Assembly (NCBI RefSeq): GCF_000195955.2
Contig: NC_000962.3
Coordinates: 1,740,001 to 1,772,000 of the forward strand
Origin: Mycobacterium tuberculosis H37Rv
Lineage (GTDB): Bacteria; Actinomycetota; Actinomycetes; Mycobacteriales; Mycobacteriaceae
Direction: 5' to 3'
DNA length: 32,000 nt
Shown here: positions 7,694 through 17,680 of the stretch, piece after piece
Position numbering within the stretch: position 1 is the stretch's first letter
How the letters are laid out: every line of letters starts with the position of its first letter
Translations under genes and position numbers: made by a program
Notes under the pieces: generated by a model
What the model saw: only the letters and a program-made list of their open reading frames with translations
Told to the model about the DNA's origin: nothing
Databases searched by the model: none

Positions 7694-10600
7694 ATGAGCG
7701 GTTCATCTGCGGGGTCCTCCTTCGTGCACCTGCACAACCACACCGAGTATTCGATGCTGGACGGTGCCGCGAAGATCACGCCCATGCTCGCCGAGGTGGA
7801 GCGGCTGGGGATGCCCGCGGTGGGGATGACCGACCACGGAAACATGTTCGGTGCCAGCGAGTTCTACAACTCCGCGACCAAGGCCGGGATCAAGCCGATC
7901 ATCGGCGTGGAGGCATACATCGCGCCGGGCTCGCGGTTCGACACCCGGCGCATCCTGTGGGGTGACCCCAGCCAAAAGGCCGACGACGTCTCCGGCAGCG
8001 GCTCCTACACGCACCTGACGATGATGGCCGAGAACGCCACCGGTCTGCGCAACCTGTTCAAGCTGTCCTCGCATGCTTCCTTCGAGGGCCAGCTGAGCAA
8101 GTGGTCGCGCATGGACGCCGAGCTCATCGCCGAACACGCCGAGGGCATCATCATCACCACCGGATGCCCGTCGGGGGAGGTGCAGACCCGCCTGCGGCTC
8201 GGCCAGGATCGGGAGGCGCTCGAAGCCGCGGCGAAGTGGCGGGAGATCGTCGGACCGGACAACTACTTCCTTGAGCTGATGGACCACGGGCTGACCATCG
8301 AACGCCGGGTCCGTGACGGTCTGCTCGAGATCGGACGCGCGCTCAACATTCCGCCTCTTGCCACCAATGACTGCCACTACGTGACCCGCGACGCCGCCCA
8401 CAACCATGAGGCTTTGTTGTGTGTGCAGACCGGCAAGACCCTCTCGGATCCGAATCGCTTCAAGTTCGACGGTGACGGCTACTACCTGAAGTCGGCCGCC
8501 GAGATGCGCCAGATCTGGGACGACGAAGTGCCGGGCGCGTGTGACTCCACCTTGTTGATCGCCGAACGGGTGCAGTCCTACGCCGACGTGTGGACACCGC
8601 GCGACCGGATGCCCGTGTTTCCGGTGCCCGATGGGCATGACCAGGCGTCCTGGCTGCGTCACGAGGTGGACGCCGGGCTTCGCCGGCGATTTCCGGCCGG
8701 TCCGCCGGACGGGTACCGCGAGCGCGCCGCCTACGAGATCGACGTCATCTGCTCCAAAGGTTTCCCATCGTACTTTCTGATCGTCGCCGACCTGATCAGC
8801 TACGCGCGGTCGGCGGGCATAAGGGTGGGTCCCGGCCGCGGCTCGGCCGCCGGCTCGCTGGTCGCCTACGCGCTGGGCATCACCGACATCGACCCGATTC
8901 CACACGGTCTGCTGTTCGAGCGGTTCCTCAACCCCGAGCGCACCTCGATGCCCGACATCGATATCGACTTCGACGACCGGCGCCGCGGTGAGATGGTGCG
9001 CTACGCAGCCGACAAGTGGGGCCACGACCGGGTCGCGCAGGTCATCACCTTCGGCACCATCAAAACCAAAGCGGCGCTGAAGGATTCGGCGCGAATCCAC
9101 TACGGGCAGCCCGGGTTCGCCATCGCCGACCGGATCACCAAGGCGTTGCCGCCGGCGATCATGGCCAAAGACATCCCGCTGTCTGGGATCACCGATCCCA
9201 GCCACGAACGGTACAAGGAGGCCGCCGAGGTCCGCGGCCTGATCGAAACCGACCCGGACGTACGCACCATCTACCAGACCGCACGCGGGTTGGAAGGCCT
9301 GATCCGCAACGCGGGTGTGCACGCCTGCGCGGTGATCATGAGCAGCGAGCCGCTGACTGAGGCCATCCCGTTGTGGAAGCGGCCGCAGGACGGGGCCATC
9401 ATCACCGGCTGGGATTACCCGGCGTGCGAGGCCATCGGTCTGCTGAAAATGGACTTCCTGGGCCTGCGGAACCTGACGATCATCGGCGACGCGATCGACA
9501 ACGTCAGGGCCAACAGGGGTATCGACCTCGACCTGGAATCCGTGCCGCTGGACGACAAGGCCACCTATGAGCTGCTGGGCCGCGGCGACACCCTGGGCGT
9601 GTTCCAGCTCGACGGCGGGCCCATGCGCGACCTGCTGCGCCGCATGCAGCCGACCGGGTTCGAAGACGTCGTCGCCGTTATCGCGCTGTACCGGCCCGGC
9701 CCGATGGGCATGAACGCACACAACGACTATGCCGACCGCAAGAACAACCGGCAGGCCATCAAACCTATTCACCCGGAACTCGAAGAACCGCTGCGCGAGA
9801 TCCTCGCCGAGACCTACGGCCTCATCGTCTATCAAGAGCAGATCATGCGCATCGCGCAGAAGGTGGCGAGCTACTCGTTGGCCCGCGCCGACATTCTACG
9901 CAAGGCCATGGGCAAGAAGAAACGCGAGGTGCTGGAGAAGGAGTTCGAGGGCTTCTCCGATGGCATGCAGGCCAACGGGTTCTCTCCGGCGGCCATCAAG
10001 GCGCTGTGGGACACCATCCTGCCGTTCGCTGACTACGCGTTCAACAAGTCACATGCCGCCGGCTACGGCATGGTGTCCTACTGGACGGCCTACCTCAAGG
10101 CCAACTATCCCGCCGAGTACATGGCCGGTCTGTTGACGTCGGTCGGCGACGATAAAGACAAGGCCGCGGTTTATCTGGCCGACTGCCGCAAGCTCGGCAT
10201 CACCGTGCTCCCGCCCGACGTCAACGAATCTGGCTTGAACTTCGCATCGGTCGGCCAAGACATCCGCTACGGGCTGGGCGCGGTGCGCAACGTTGGCGCT
10301 AATGTCGTGGGCTCGTTGCTCCAAACCCGCAACGACAAGGGCAAGTTCACCGACTTTTCGGACTACCTGAACAAGATCGACATCTCGGCGTGCAACAAGA
10401 AGGTGACCGAATCGCTGATCAAGGCGGGTGCGTTCGACTCGCTGGGGCATGCCCGCAAGGGTCTTTTCCTGGTGCACAGCGATGCGGTGGACTCGGTGCT
10501 GGGCACCAAGAAGGCCGAGGCACTGGGGCAGTTCGATCTCTTCGGCAGCAATGATGATGGGACCGGCACCGCAGATCCCGTGTTCACCATCAAGGTGCCC

Positions 10601-11248
10601 GATGATGAGTGGGAGGACAAACACAAACTCGCCCTAGAGCGCGAGATGCTGGGACTGTACGTCTCGGGGCATCCCCTCAACGGTGTGGCACACTTGCTGG
10701 CTGCCCAGGTCGACACCGCGATCCCAGCGATCCTCGACGGCGATGTCCCCAACGATGCCCAAGTGCGGGTGGGCGGCATCCTGGCGTCGGTGAACCGGAG
10801 GGTCAACAAAAACGGAATGCCATGGGCTTCAGCGCAATTGGAGGATCTCACGGGCGGCATCGAGGTGATGTTCTTCCCGCACACCTACTCCAGCTATGGT
10901 GCCGACATCGTCGACGATGCCGTCGTGCTGGTCAACGCCAAGGTGGCGGTCCGTGACGACCGCATCGCATTGATCGCCAATGACCTCACAGTGCCCGACT
11001 TTTCCAACGCCGAGGTGGAGCGGCCGCTGGCGGTCAGCTTGCCCACCCGGCAGTGCACCTTTGACAAGGTGAGTGCGCTCAAACAGGTGTTGGCGCGCCA
11101 CCCCGGCACCTCGCAGGTGCATCTGCGGCTCATCAGCGGAGACCGGATCACCACGCTGGCACTTGATCAGTCGTTGCGGGTGACGCCGTCGCCGGCGTTG
11201 ATGGGTGACCTCAAGGAGCTGCTCGGCCCTGGATGTCTGGGGAGTTAG
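7694..11248 (+). CDS. dnaE1: DNA polymerase III alpha subunit (replicative, C-family)
   Basis: 1184 aa with an N-terminal PHP domain ([15 protein letters not shown]), a Pol III alpha core ([21 protein letters not shown], catalytic [10 protein letters not shown]), and a C-terminal OB-fold region. Confidence 0.97.
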
Positions 11249-11296
11249 CGAGGCGACCGCCCCCAGCGGTTTCCGCACGATCGCCCGTGAGCGCCG

Positions 11297-13333
11297 CTAA
11301 TGGATCCAGCCCGACGCCCGACTGTCCCCGTTGAGATACCCCGAGACCTCGTCGTCGAAGTTGGCGAAGCCCGACATGAGGCTGCCGAAGTTGAAGAAGC
11401 CAGAGATCGAGGTTCCCGCATTGACGAAACCCGAAATGTTGGCCGTACCGGTGATCGTGGGTACCGAGTTTCTGAAGCCCGACAGATGGTCACCCACGTT
11501 GATGATGCCGGCGTTGTAGTTGCCCACGTTGGCCAGGCCCGAGTTACCGGTGACAAATTCGGCGTGTTCGTCACGGGCGTTGTTATCGAAGCCCGAGTTG
11601 AAGGTGCCGGCGTTAGCGTAGCCCGAGTTGTTGGTGCCCGTGTGCAGCCAGCCGGAGTTCTGTACCGGCTGGTTGACCGAGTTGAACAATCCGGTGTTGA
11701 GATCGCCCGAGTTGAAGAAGCCGGTGTTGATGTTGCCGGAGTTGAAGTAGCCGGTGTTCACGTTGCCCGAGTTGAAATCGCCCGTGTTCATGCTGCCGGC
11801 ATTGAAGCTACCCGTGTTGGTATGGCCGGAGTTAAACAGACCCATGCTGCCGGTGACCAGGTTTCCGCCCGAGTTTCCGATTCCGGTGTTCGTGGTGCCC
11901 GAGTTGAACCAGCCGGTATTGGTGGTGCCGGAGTTGAACCAGCCGGTGCTGGTGGTGGCCGAGTTGAACCAGCCCGTGCTGAGCTGGCCGGAGTTGCCGA
12001 TACCGGTACTGAGCTCGCCGGAGTTGCCGAAGCCCGAGCTGCGCTCGGCCGAACTGCCGAACTCCACGCTCAGCGCCCCGACTCCATTGCCCGAGTTTCC
12101 CATGCCGATGTTGTTATTGCCCGAGTTGAAAAAGCCGATATTACCGTTGCCCGAGTTCCCGAAGCCGAGGTTCCCGCTACCTGAATTGAGGGCGCCGAAA
12201 CCTATCTGGTTATCACCGGTGAGCCCGAAGCCGATGTTGTTGTTGCCGCTGTTCCCAAACCCGATGTTATGAGAGCCCTTGTTGCCGAAACCGATATTTC
12301 CACTGCCAAGGTTGCCGCTGCCAAAGTTGGTGTCGCCGGTGTTTCCGTTACCAAAGTTGACGTTACCGGTGTTTCCGAACCCGAAATTCGAGTTCCCGGT
12401 GTTGCCGCCACCCACGTTGAGATTTCCGGTGTTACCGCCGCCAAAGTTGGTGTCGCCGGTATTTCCACTACCCAGGTTATAGCTGCCGAGGTTGCCGCCG
12501 CCCAGGTTATAGCTGCCGATGTTTCCGCTACCCCAGTTGAGCGTGCCCGTGTTTCCACTGTCCGGGTTGAGATCCCCGGTGTTGCCGCCACCCAGGTTGT
12601 AGCTGCCGATATTGCCGCTGCCCAGGTTGAGATCACCGATATTGGCGTTGCCCAAGTTGACGCTGCCCGTGTTGGCGCTACCCGGGTTGAAGCTGCCCAG
12701 GTTGCCGAGGCCCAGATTGCCGCTGGCCAGATTGAAGCCACCGATGGTGACGTTGCCCAGATCGAGAAACGGAAACCCCGCGATGATCACCGCACCGCCG
12801 GGCGTGGCTGCCGCGCTCGGCGACGGTGTGAACGGCGTCAGCGACAAGGCGACCGCCGACGCCTCGCCGTGATAACCGAGCATCGCGGCGACATCGGCGG
12901 CCCACATCTGCTCATAGACGGCCTCGACGGCCGCGATGGCCGGGGCGTTTTGCCCCAACAGATTCGAGGCCACCAAGGAGCGCAACCGACCTCGATTGGC
13001 GCTCACCGCGCCCGGATGCACCGTCGCCGCCAGCGCCGCCTCGAACGCCGATACCGCCGCCTGGGCTTGACCCGCCGCCTGCTCAGCCTGCGCTGCGGCC
13101 GTGGTCAGCCAGCGAGCATAGGACGCGGCCACGCCTGTCATGGCCGCTGACGCCGGACCTTGCCAGGACCCGGTGGCCAACTGCGAGGTCACCGCCGAAA
13201 ATGAGGCCGCCGCCGAACCCAAATCGCCGGCCAGCCCGGTCCAGGCCGACGCCGCCGCCAACATCGGTCCCGGCCCGGCACCAGCGAACATCAGCGCCGA
13301 ATTGATCTCCGGCGGCAACACCGAAAAATTCAT
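11297..13333 (-). CDS. PPE21: PPE family protein, MPTR subgroup (PPE21)
   Basis: PPE N-domain beginning [24 protein letters not shown] at ATG 13333 (678 aa), followed by about 480 residues of NxGxGNxG-type repeats. The 99 codons upstream in the maximal ORF are Arg/Pro/Gly-rich and not PPE-like. Confidence 0.92.
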   Translation of the reverse strand: MNFSVLPPEINSALMFAGAGPGPMLAAASAWTGLAGDLGSAAASFSAVTSQLATGSWQGPASAAMTGVAASYARWLTTAAAQAEQAAGQAQAAVSAFEAALAATVHPGAVSANRGRLRSLVASNLLGQNAPAIAAVEAVYEQMWAADVAAMLGYHGEASAVALSLTPFTPSPSAAATPGGAVIIAGFPFLDLGNVTIGGFNLASGNLGLGNLGSFNPGSANTGSVNLGNANIGDLNLGSGNIGSYNLGGGNTGDLNPDSGNTGTLNWGSGNIGSYNLGGGNLGSYNLGSGNTGDTNFGGGNTGNLNVGGGNTGNSNFGFGNTGNVNFGNGNTGDTNFGSGNLGSGNIGFGNKGSHNIGFGNSGNNNIGFGLTGDNQIGFGALNSGSGNLGFGNSGNGNIGFFNSGNNNIGMGNSGNGVGALSVEFGSSAERSSGFGNSGELSTGIGNSGQLSTGWFNSATTSTGWFNSGTTNTGWFNSGTTNTGIGNSGGNLVTGSMGLFNSGHTNTGSFNAGSMNTGDFNSGNVNTGYFNSGNINTGFFNSGDLNTGLFNSVNQPVQNSGWLHTGTNNSGYANAGTFNSGFDNNARDEHAEFVTGNSGLANVGNYNAGIINVGDHLSGFRNSVPTITGTANISGFVNAGTSISGFFNFGSLMSGFANFDDEVSGYLNGDSRASGWIH
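11330..12760 (-). repeat. MPTR (major polymorphic tandem repeat) coding array within PPE21
   Basis: Degenerate 15/30-bp periodicity encoding NxGxGNxG units. One example is three near-identical 30-bp units at 11895-11984 ([10 protein letters not shown] x2 and [10 protein letters not shown] x1 on the minus strand). Confidence 0.9.
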
Positions 13334-13605
13334 CACAACCATCCCGTCAGCCGGCCACACCCACCGGGCTTCACGGCGCTGTCTGGCCCCAACCGCAGCG
13401 AAGCCTACGAAAAAGCCGGGCGCTTCGGACGGGCGCAGGTTAAATCCAGGTAACGCGTGACGAATCTCGCGAGGAGCCTCCTTGCGGCCATGGGCCGCCA
13501 CGGGTCTCGGTGGTCGCGGCCCCGTGCTTCCGCGTCCTTCGATTGTGGACGTACGCTCACCGATGTGACCTGGGCCATACTGATCCGCTGTCAAGGAGAA
13601 CGGAA

Positions 13606-14037
13606 ATGACCACAACAGAGCGCCCGACAACCATGTGCGAGGCGTTCCAGCGCACCGCCGTCATGGACCCGGACGCCGTTGCGCTACGGACCCCCGGCGG
13701 TAACCAGACAATGACATGGCGAGACTACGCGGCGCAGGTGCGGCGGGTCGCTGCCGGCCTGGCAGGTTTGGGAGTTCGGCGCGGCGACACGGTCTCGCTG
13801 ATGATGGCGAACCGGATCGAGTTCTACCCGCTCGACGTCGGTGCTCAGCACGTCGGCGCCACCTCGTTTTCGGTGTACAACACCCTGCCCGCCGAGCAGC
13901 TGACCTACGTGTTCGACAACGCGGGGACCAAGGTGGTCATCTGCGAGCAACAGTACGTCGATCGCGTTCGCGCCAGCGGTGTGCCCATCGAACACATCGT
14001 CTGCGTCGATGGCGCGCCCCCGGCACGCTCTCGCTGA
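13606..14037 (+). pseudogene. fadD11.1: Fatty-acid-CoA ligase FadD11, N-terminal fragment (fadD11.1, Rv1549)
   Basis: AAGGAG SD at 13593-13598, 7 nt upstream of ATG 13606. The translation [32 protein letters not shown]...TWRDYAAQVRRVAAGL is a typical acyl-CoA synthetase N-terminus. The frame ends at TGA 14035-14037, before the AMP-binding motif. The maximal ORF starts at 13510. Confidence 0.85.
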
Positions 14038-15431
14038 CGGATTTGTACGCGGCCGCCTCCGGCGACTTCTTCGACTTCGAGTCGACGTGGCGTGCCGTAC
14101 AACCCGAGGACATTGTCACCCTCATCTACACGTCCGGCACAACGGGAAACCCCAAGGGTGTGGAGATGACCCACGCCAACCTGCTGTTCGAGGGGTATGC
14201 CATCGACGAGGTGCTCGGAATCCGGTTTGGCGATCGGGTGACGTCCTTCCTGCCATCGGCGCACATCGCCGATCGGATGACCGGGCTGTACCTGCAGGAG
14301 ATGTTCGGCACCCAGGTCACCGCGGTGGCCGACGCGCGCACGATCGCAGCCGCGCTCCCCGACGTGCGGCCAACCGTGTGGGGGGCCGTTCCCCGGGTTT
14401 GGGAAAAGCTTAAGGCCGGAATCGAATTCACCGTCGCTCGTGAGACCGACGAGATGAAGCGGCAGGCGTTGGCGTGGGCGATGTCGGTGGCTGGCAAACG
14501 CGCCAACGCCCTGCTCGCAGGTGAATCTATGTCGGATCAGCTGGTCGCCGAATGGGCCAAAGCCGACGAGTTGGTGTTGTCCAAGTTGCGCGAGCGGCTG
14601 GGCTTCGGCGAGCTGCGGTGGGCCCTGTCCGGAGCGGCGCCGATCCCCAAGGAGACGCTCGCGTTCTTCGCAGGTATCGGCATCCCAATCGCCGAGATTT
14701 GGGGAATGTCGGAGCTGAGCTGCGTTGCCACCGCCAGCCATCCCCGCGACGGGCGGCTGGGCACCGTCGGAAAACTACTTCCCGGGCTGCAGGGCAAGAT
14801 CGCCGAAGACGGTGAGTACCTGGTCCGCGGTCCGCTGGTGATGAAGGGTTATCGCAAAGAACCGGCCAAGACCGCGGAGGCGATCGACTCCGACGGCTGG
14901 CTACACACCGGAGATGTCTTCGATATCGACTCCGACGGCTATCTGCGGGTGGTGGACCGCAAGAAGGAGCTGATCATCAATGCGGCCGGAAAAAACATGT
15001 CGCCGGCCAACATCGAGAACACCATCCTGGCCGCGTGCCCCATGGTCGGGGTGATGATGGCAATCGGTGACGGGCGAACGTATAACACCGCGCTGTTGGT
15101 CTTCGACGCCGACTCTCTCGGTCCGTATGCGGCCCAGCGTGGCCTCGATGCCTCGCCCGCGGCTCTGGCGGCTGACCCGGAGGTGATCGCGCGCATCGCC
15201 GCCGGCGTGGCCGAGGGCAACGCCAAATTATCGCGGGTCGAACAGATCAAGCGGTTCCGCATATTGCCCACCCTGTGGGAGCCCGGCGGGGACGAGATAA
15301 CCCTGACGATGAAACTCAAGCGCCGTCGAATCGCCGCGAAATATTCCGCGGAGATCGAGGAGCTCTACGCCAGCGAGCTGAGACCGCAGGTTTACGAGCC
15401 CGCTGCCGTGCCATCGACACAACCGGCATGA
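13716..15431 (+). pseudogene. fadD11: Fatty-acid-CoA ligase FadD11, C-terminal part in the -1 frame (Rv1550)
   Basis: The ORF is open from 13716, but acyl-CoA synthetase-like sequence starts only at about 14019 (PGTLSLTDLY...IYTSGTTGNPKGVEMTH, the AMP-binding signature). Before that the frame is Arg-rich nonsense that overlaps the real N-terminal frame. Confidence 0.85.
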
Positions 15432-15444
15432 CGGGGGCTAGCCA

Positions 15445-17310
15445 GTGACTGCACGGGAGGTGGGCCGCATCGGACTGCGAAAGTTGCTGCAGCGCATCGG
15501 TATTGTTGCTGAATCAATGACGCCGCTAGCGACCGACCCCGTTGAGGTTACCCAACTGCTGGATGCCCGATGGTATGACGAGCGGCTGCGTGCGCTGGCC
15601 GACGAGCTCGGACGCGATCCGGACAGCGTGCGCGCCGAGGCGGCAGGCTATCTGCGGGAGATGGCCGCCTCGCTGGATGAGCGGGCCGTGCAGGCATGGC
15701 GCGGCTTCAGTCGCTGGCTCATGCGCGCCTACGACGTACTGGTCGACGAGGACCAGATCACGCAGCTGCGCAAGCTTGATCGCAAAGCCACCCTGGCGTT
15801 CGCGTTCTCGCATCGTTCGTACTTGGATGGGATGCTGCTGCCCGAGGCGATCCTGGCCAACCGGCTCTCGCCGGCGCTGACCTTCGGCGGGGCGAACCTG
15901 AACTTCTTTCCGATGGGCGCTTGGGCCAAACGTACCGGGGCTATCTTCATTCGGCGTCAGACGAAAGATATTCCCGTCTACCGCTTCGTATTACGTGCTT
16001 ACGCCGCGCAGCTGGTGCAAAACCATGTCAACCTCACCTGGTCGATCGAAGGGGGTCGGACCAGAACGGGCAAGCTACGGCCACCGGTGTTCGGGATCCT
16101 GCGTTACATCACCGATGCGGTCGACGAAATCGACGGTCCCGAAGTGTATTTGGTGCCGACCTCGATCGTGTACGACCAGCTGCACGAGGTGGAAGCCATG
16201 ACCACCGAGGCCTATGGCGCGGTGAAACGACCCGAAGACCTGCGCTTTCTGGTCCGGTTGGCGCGACAGCAGGGCGAGCGACTGGGCCGCGCCTATCTCG
16301 ACTTCGGCGAACCGCTGCCGCTTCGCAAGCGCCTGCAGGAGATGCGCGCCGACAAGTCGGGCACCGGCAGCGAGATCGAACGGATCGCGTTGGATGTCGA
16401 GCACCGGATCAACCGCGCCACACCGGTTACCCCCACCGCGGTGGTGAGTCTGGCCCTGCTGGGCGCGGACCGCTCGTTGTCCATCAGCGAGGTGTTGGCG
16501 ACGGTTCGCCCGTTGGCCAGCTACATAGCTGCCCGCAACTGGGCGGTGGCCGGCGCCGCCGATCTGACGAATCGCTCGACGATCCGGTGGACCTTGCATC
16601 AGATGGTTGCTTCCGGCGTGGTGAGTGTCTACGACGCGGGCACCGAGGCGGTGTGGGGCATCGGCGAGGACCAGCACCTGGTGGCGGCGTTTTACCGCAA
16701 CACCGCGATCCATATCCTGGTCGATCGGGCCGTCGCCGAGTTGGCGTTGCTGGCGGCCGCAGAGACCACAACAAACGGCTCGGTTTCCCCGGCGACCGTG
16801 CGTGATGAGGCGTTGAGCCTTCGCGACTTGCTGAAGTTCGAGTTCTTGTTTTCTGGCCGTGCCCAGTTTGAGAAAGACCTCGCAAACGAGGTACTGCTGA
16901 TCGGGTCGGTGGTCGACACCTCCAAGCCCGCGGCCGCAGCCGATGTGTGGCGCCTGCTGGAATCGGCCGATGTGCTGCTGGCCCACCTGGTGCTGCGGCC
17001 GTTTCTCGATGCCTACCACATTGTCGCCGATCGGCTGGCCGCCCATGAAGACGACTCTTTCGACGAGGAAGGGTTTCTGGCCGAGTGTCTACAGGTCGGC
17101 AAGCAGTGGGAGCTGCAGCGCAATATCGCCAGCGCCGAGTCCAGGTCGATGGAGCTGTTCAAGACCGCACTGCGCCTGGCTCGCCATCGCGAGCTGGTCG
17201 ACGGTGCCGATGCGACGGACATCGCCAAACGCCGACAGCAGTTCGCCGACGAGATAGCCACGGCAACCAGGCGGGTAAACACAATCGCAGAACTGGCCCG
17301 CAGGCAATGA
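15445..17310 (+). CDS. plsB1: Glycerol-3-phosphate acyltransferase PlsB-like
   Basis: 621 aa with the HX4D acyltransferase motif FSHRSYLDG and WSIEGGRTRTGKL (block III). GTG 15445 lies 13 nt after the fadD11 stop. Confidence 0.9.
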   Translation: MTAREVGRIGLRKLLQRIGIVAESMTPLATDPVEVTQLLDARWYDERLRALADELGRDPDSVRAEAAGYLREMAASLDERAVQAWRGFSRWLMRAYDVLVDEDQITQLRKLDRKATLAFAFSHRSYLDGMLLPEAILANRLSPALTFGGANLNFFPMGAWAKRTGAIFIRRQTKDIPVYRFVLRAYAAQLVQNHVNLTWSIEGGRTRTGKLRPPVFGILRYITDAVDEIDGPEVYLVPTSIVYDQLHEVEAMTTEAYGAVKRPEDLRFLVRLARQQGERLGRAYLDFGEPLPLRKRLQEMRADKSGTGSEIERIALDVEHRINRATPVTPTAVVSLALLGADRSLSISEVLATVRPLASYIAARNWAVAGAADLTNRSTIRWTLHQMVASGVVSVYDAGTEAVWGIGEDQHLVAAFYRNTAIHILVDRAVAELALLAAAETTTNGSVSPATVRDEALSLRDLLKFEFLFSGRAQFEKDLANEVLLIGSVVDTSKPAAAADVWRLLESADVLLAHLVLRPFLDAYHIVADRLAAHEDDSFDEEGFLAECLQVGKQWELQRNIASAESRSMELFKTALRLARHRELVDGADATDIAKRRQQFADEIATATRRVNTIAELARRQ

Positions 17311-17396
17311 GCGACAAATGCGGCCGCCAGGGCCGCTGCGCCGTCCAGCGAACGGGTCAAACGGTGGACGCGCCATCCCCCCGGGCATAGTCTGAA

Positions 17397-17412
17397 TGTG
17401 ATCTAGGTCACG
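17397..17412. promoter_or_regulatory. CRP/FNR-family binding-site candidate TGTGA-tctagg-TCACg
   Basis: 9 of 10 matches to TGTGA-N6-TCACA, the only such site I found in the window. It lies 26-41 nt upstream of ATG 17438, just after a TAGTCT -10-like hexamer (17388-17393). Confidence 0.5.
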
Positions 17413-17437
17413 TGCCAGCACCGGAGGAGGCGGGACT

Positions 17438-17671
17438 ATGGTCGCGACCACTACGCACTTCCCGAAGCAAAAAGCGCCCTGCGGGCACATGGTTGACGGC
17501 GATCACCACATCGAGCGCGACGACGAAGGCCTTGCCTACGACGACCTCAAGTTTTCCTGCGGCTGCCGCGAAATCCGGCATTTCTACCACGACGGATCCA
17601 TGCGGGTACGCACGATTCGACACGACGGCAAGGTGTTGAAGGACGAGCACAGCGGCGATCACGAAGCGTGA
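17438..17671 (+). CDS. Small hypothetical protein (77 aa, His/Asp/Cys-rich) upstream of and abutting frdA
   Basis: ATG preceded by GGAGGAGG (17423-17430) with a 7-nt spacer. Third-position G/C bias looks like coding sequence. The stop lies 9 nt before the frdA ATG. No family recognised. Confidence 0.55.
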   Translation: MVATTTHFPKQKAPCGHMVDGDHHIERDDEGLAYDDLKFSCGCREIRHFYHDGSMRVRTIRHDGKVLKDEHSGDHEA

Positions 17672-17680
17672 ACCAGCGCG

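Noticed and set aside
7703-9835. 710-codon ORF on the minus strand opposite dnaE1
   Set aside because: It is entirely antisense to a confidently identified gene. The translation is Arg/Gly/Pro/Val/Asp-rich with no motif. This is a typical shadow ORF of a GC-rich genome where stop codons are rare.
11249-11296. Terminator between convergent dnaE1 and PPE21
   Set aside because: Only a 5-bp stem (accgc/gcggt) with a C-rich loop is present, which is too weak to call.
11300-13150. Plus-strand ORFs (294, 293, 172, 86, 67 codons) opposite PPE21
   Set aside because: They are mirror images of the MPTR repeat, which is periodic and therefore stop-free in several frames. Their repeats (for example ELNQPVL or VAGV) are just the reverse-complement reading of NxGxGNxG codons.
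14014-14030. Programmed -1 ribosomal frameshifting to produce full-length FadD11
   Set aside because: The direction of the shift (-1) and the C5 run make it formally possible. However, there is no canonical X XXY YYZ heptamer and I see no stable downstream stem or pseudoknot, so a simple inactivating 1-bp deletion is the more economical explanation. I keep it only as an alternative within the fadD11 finding.
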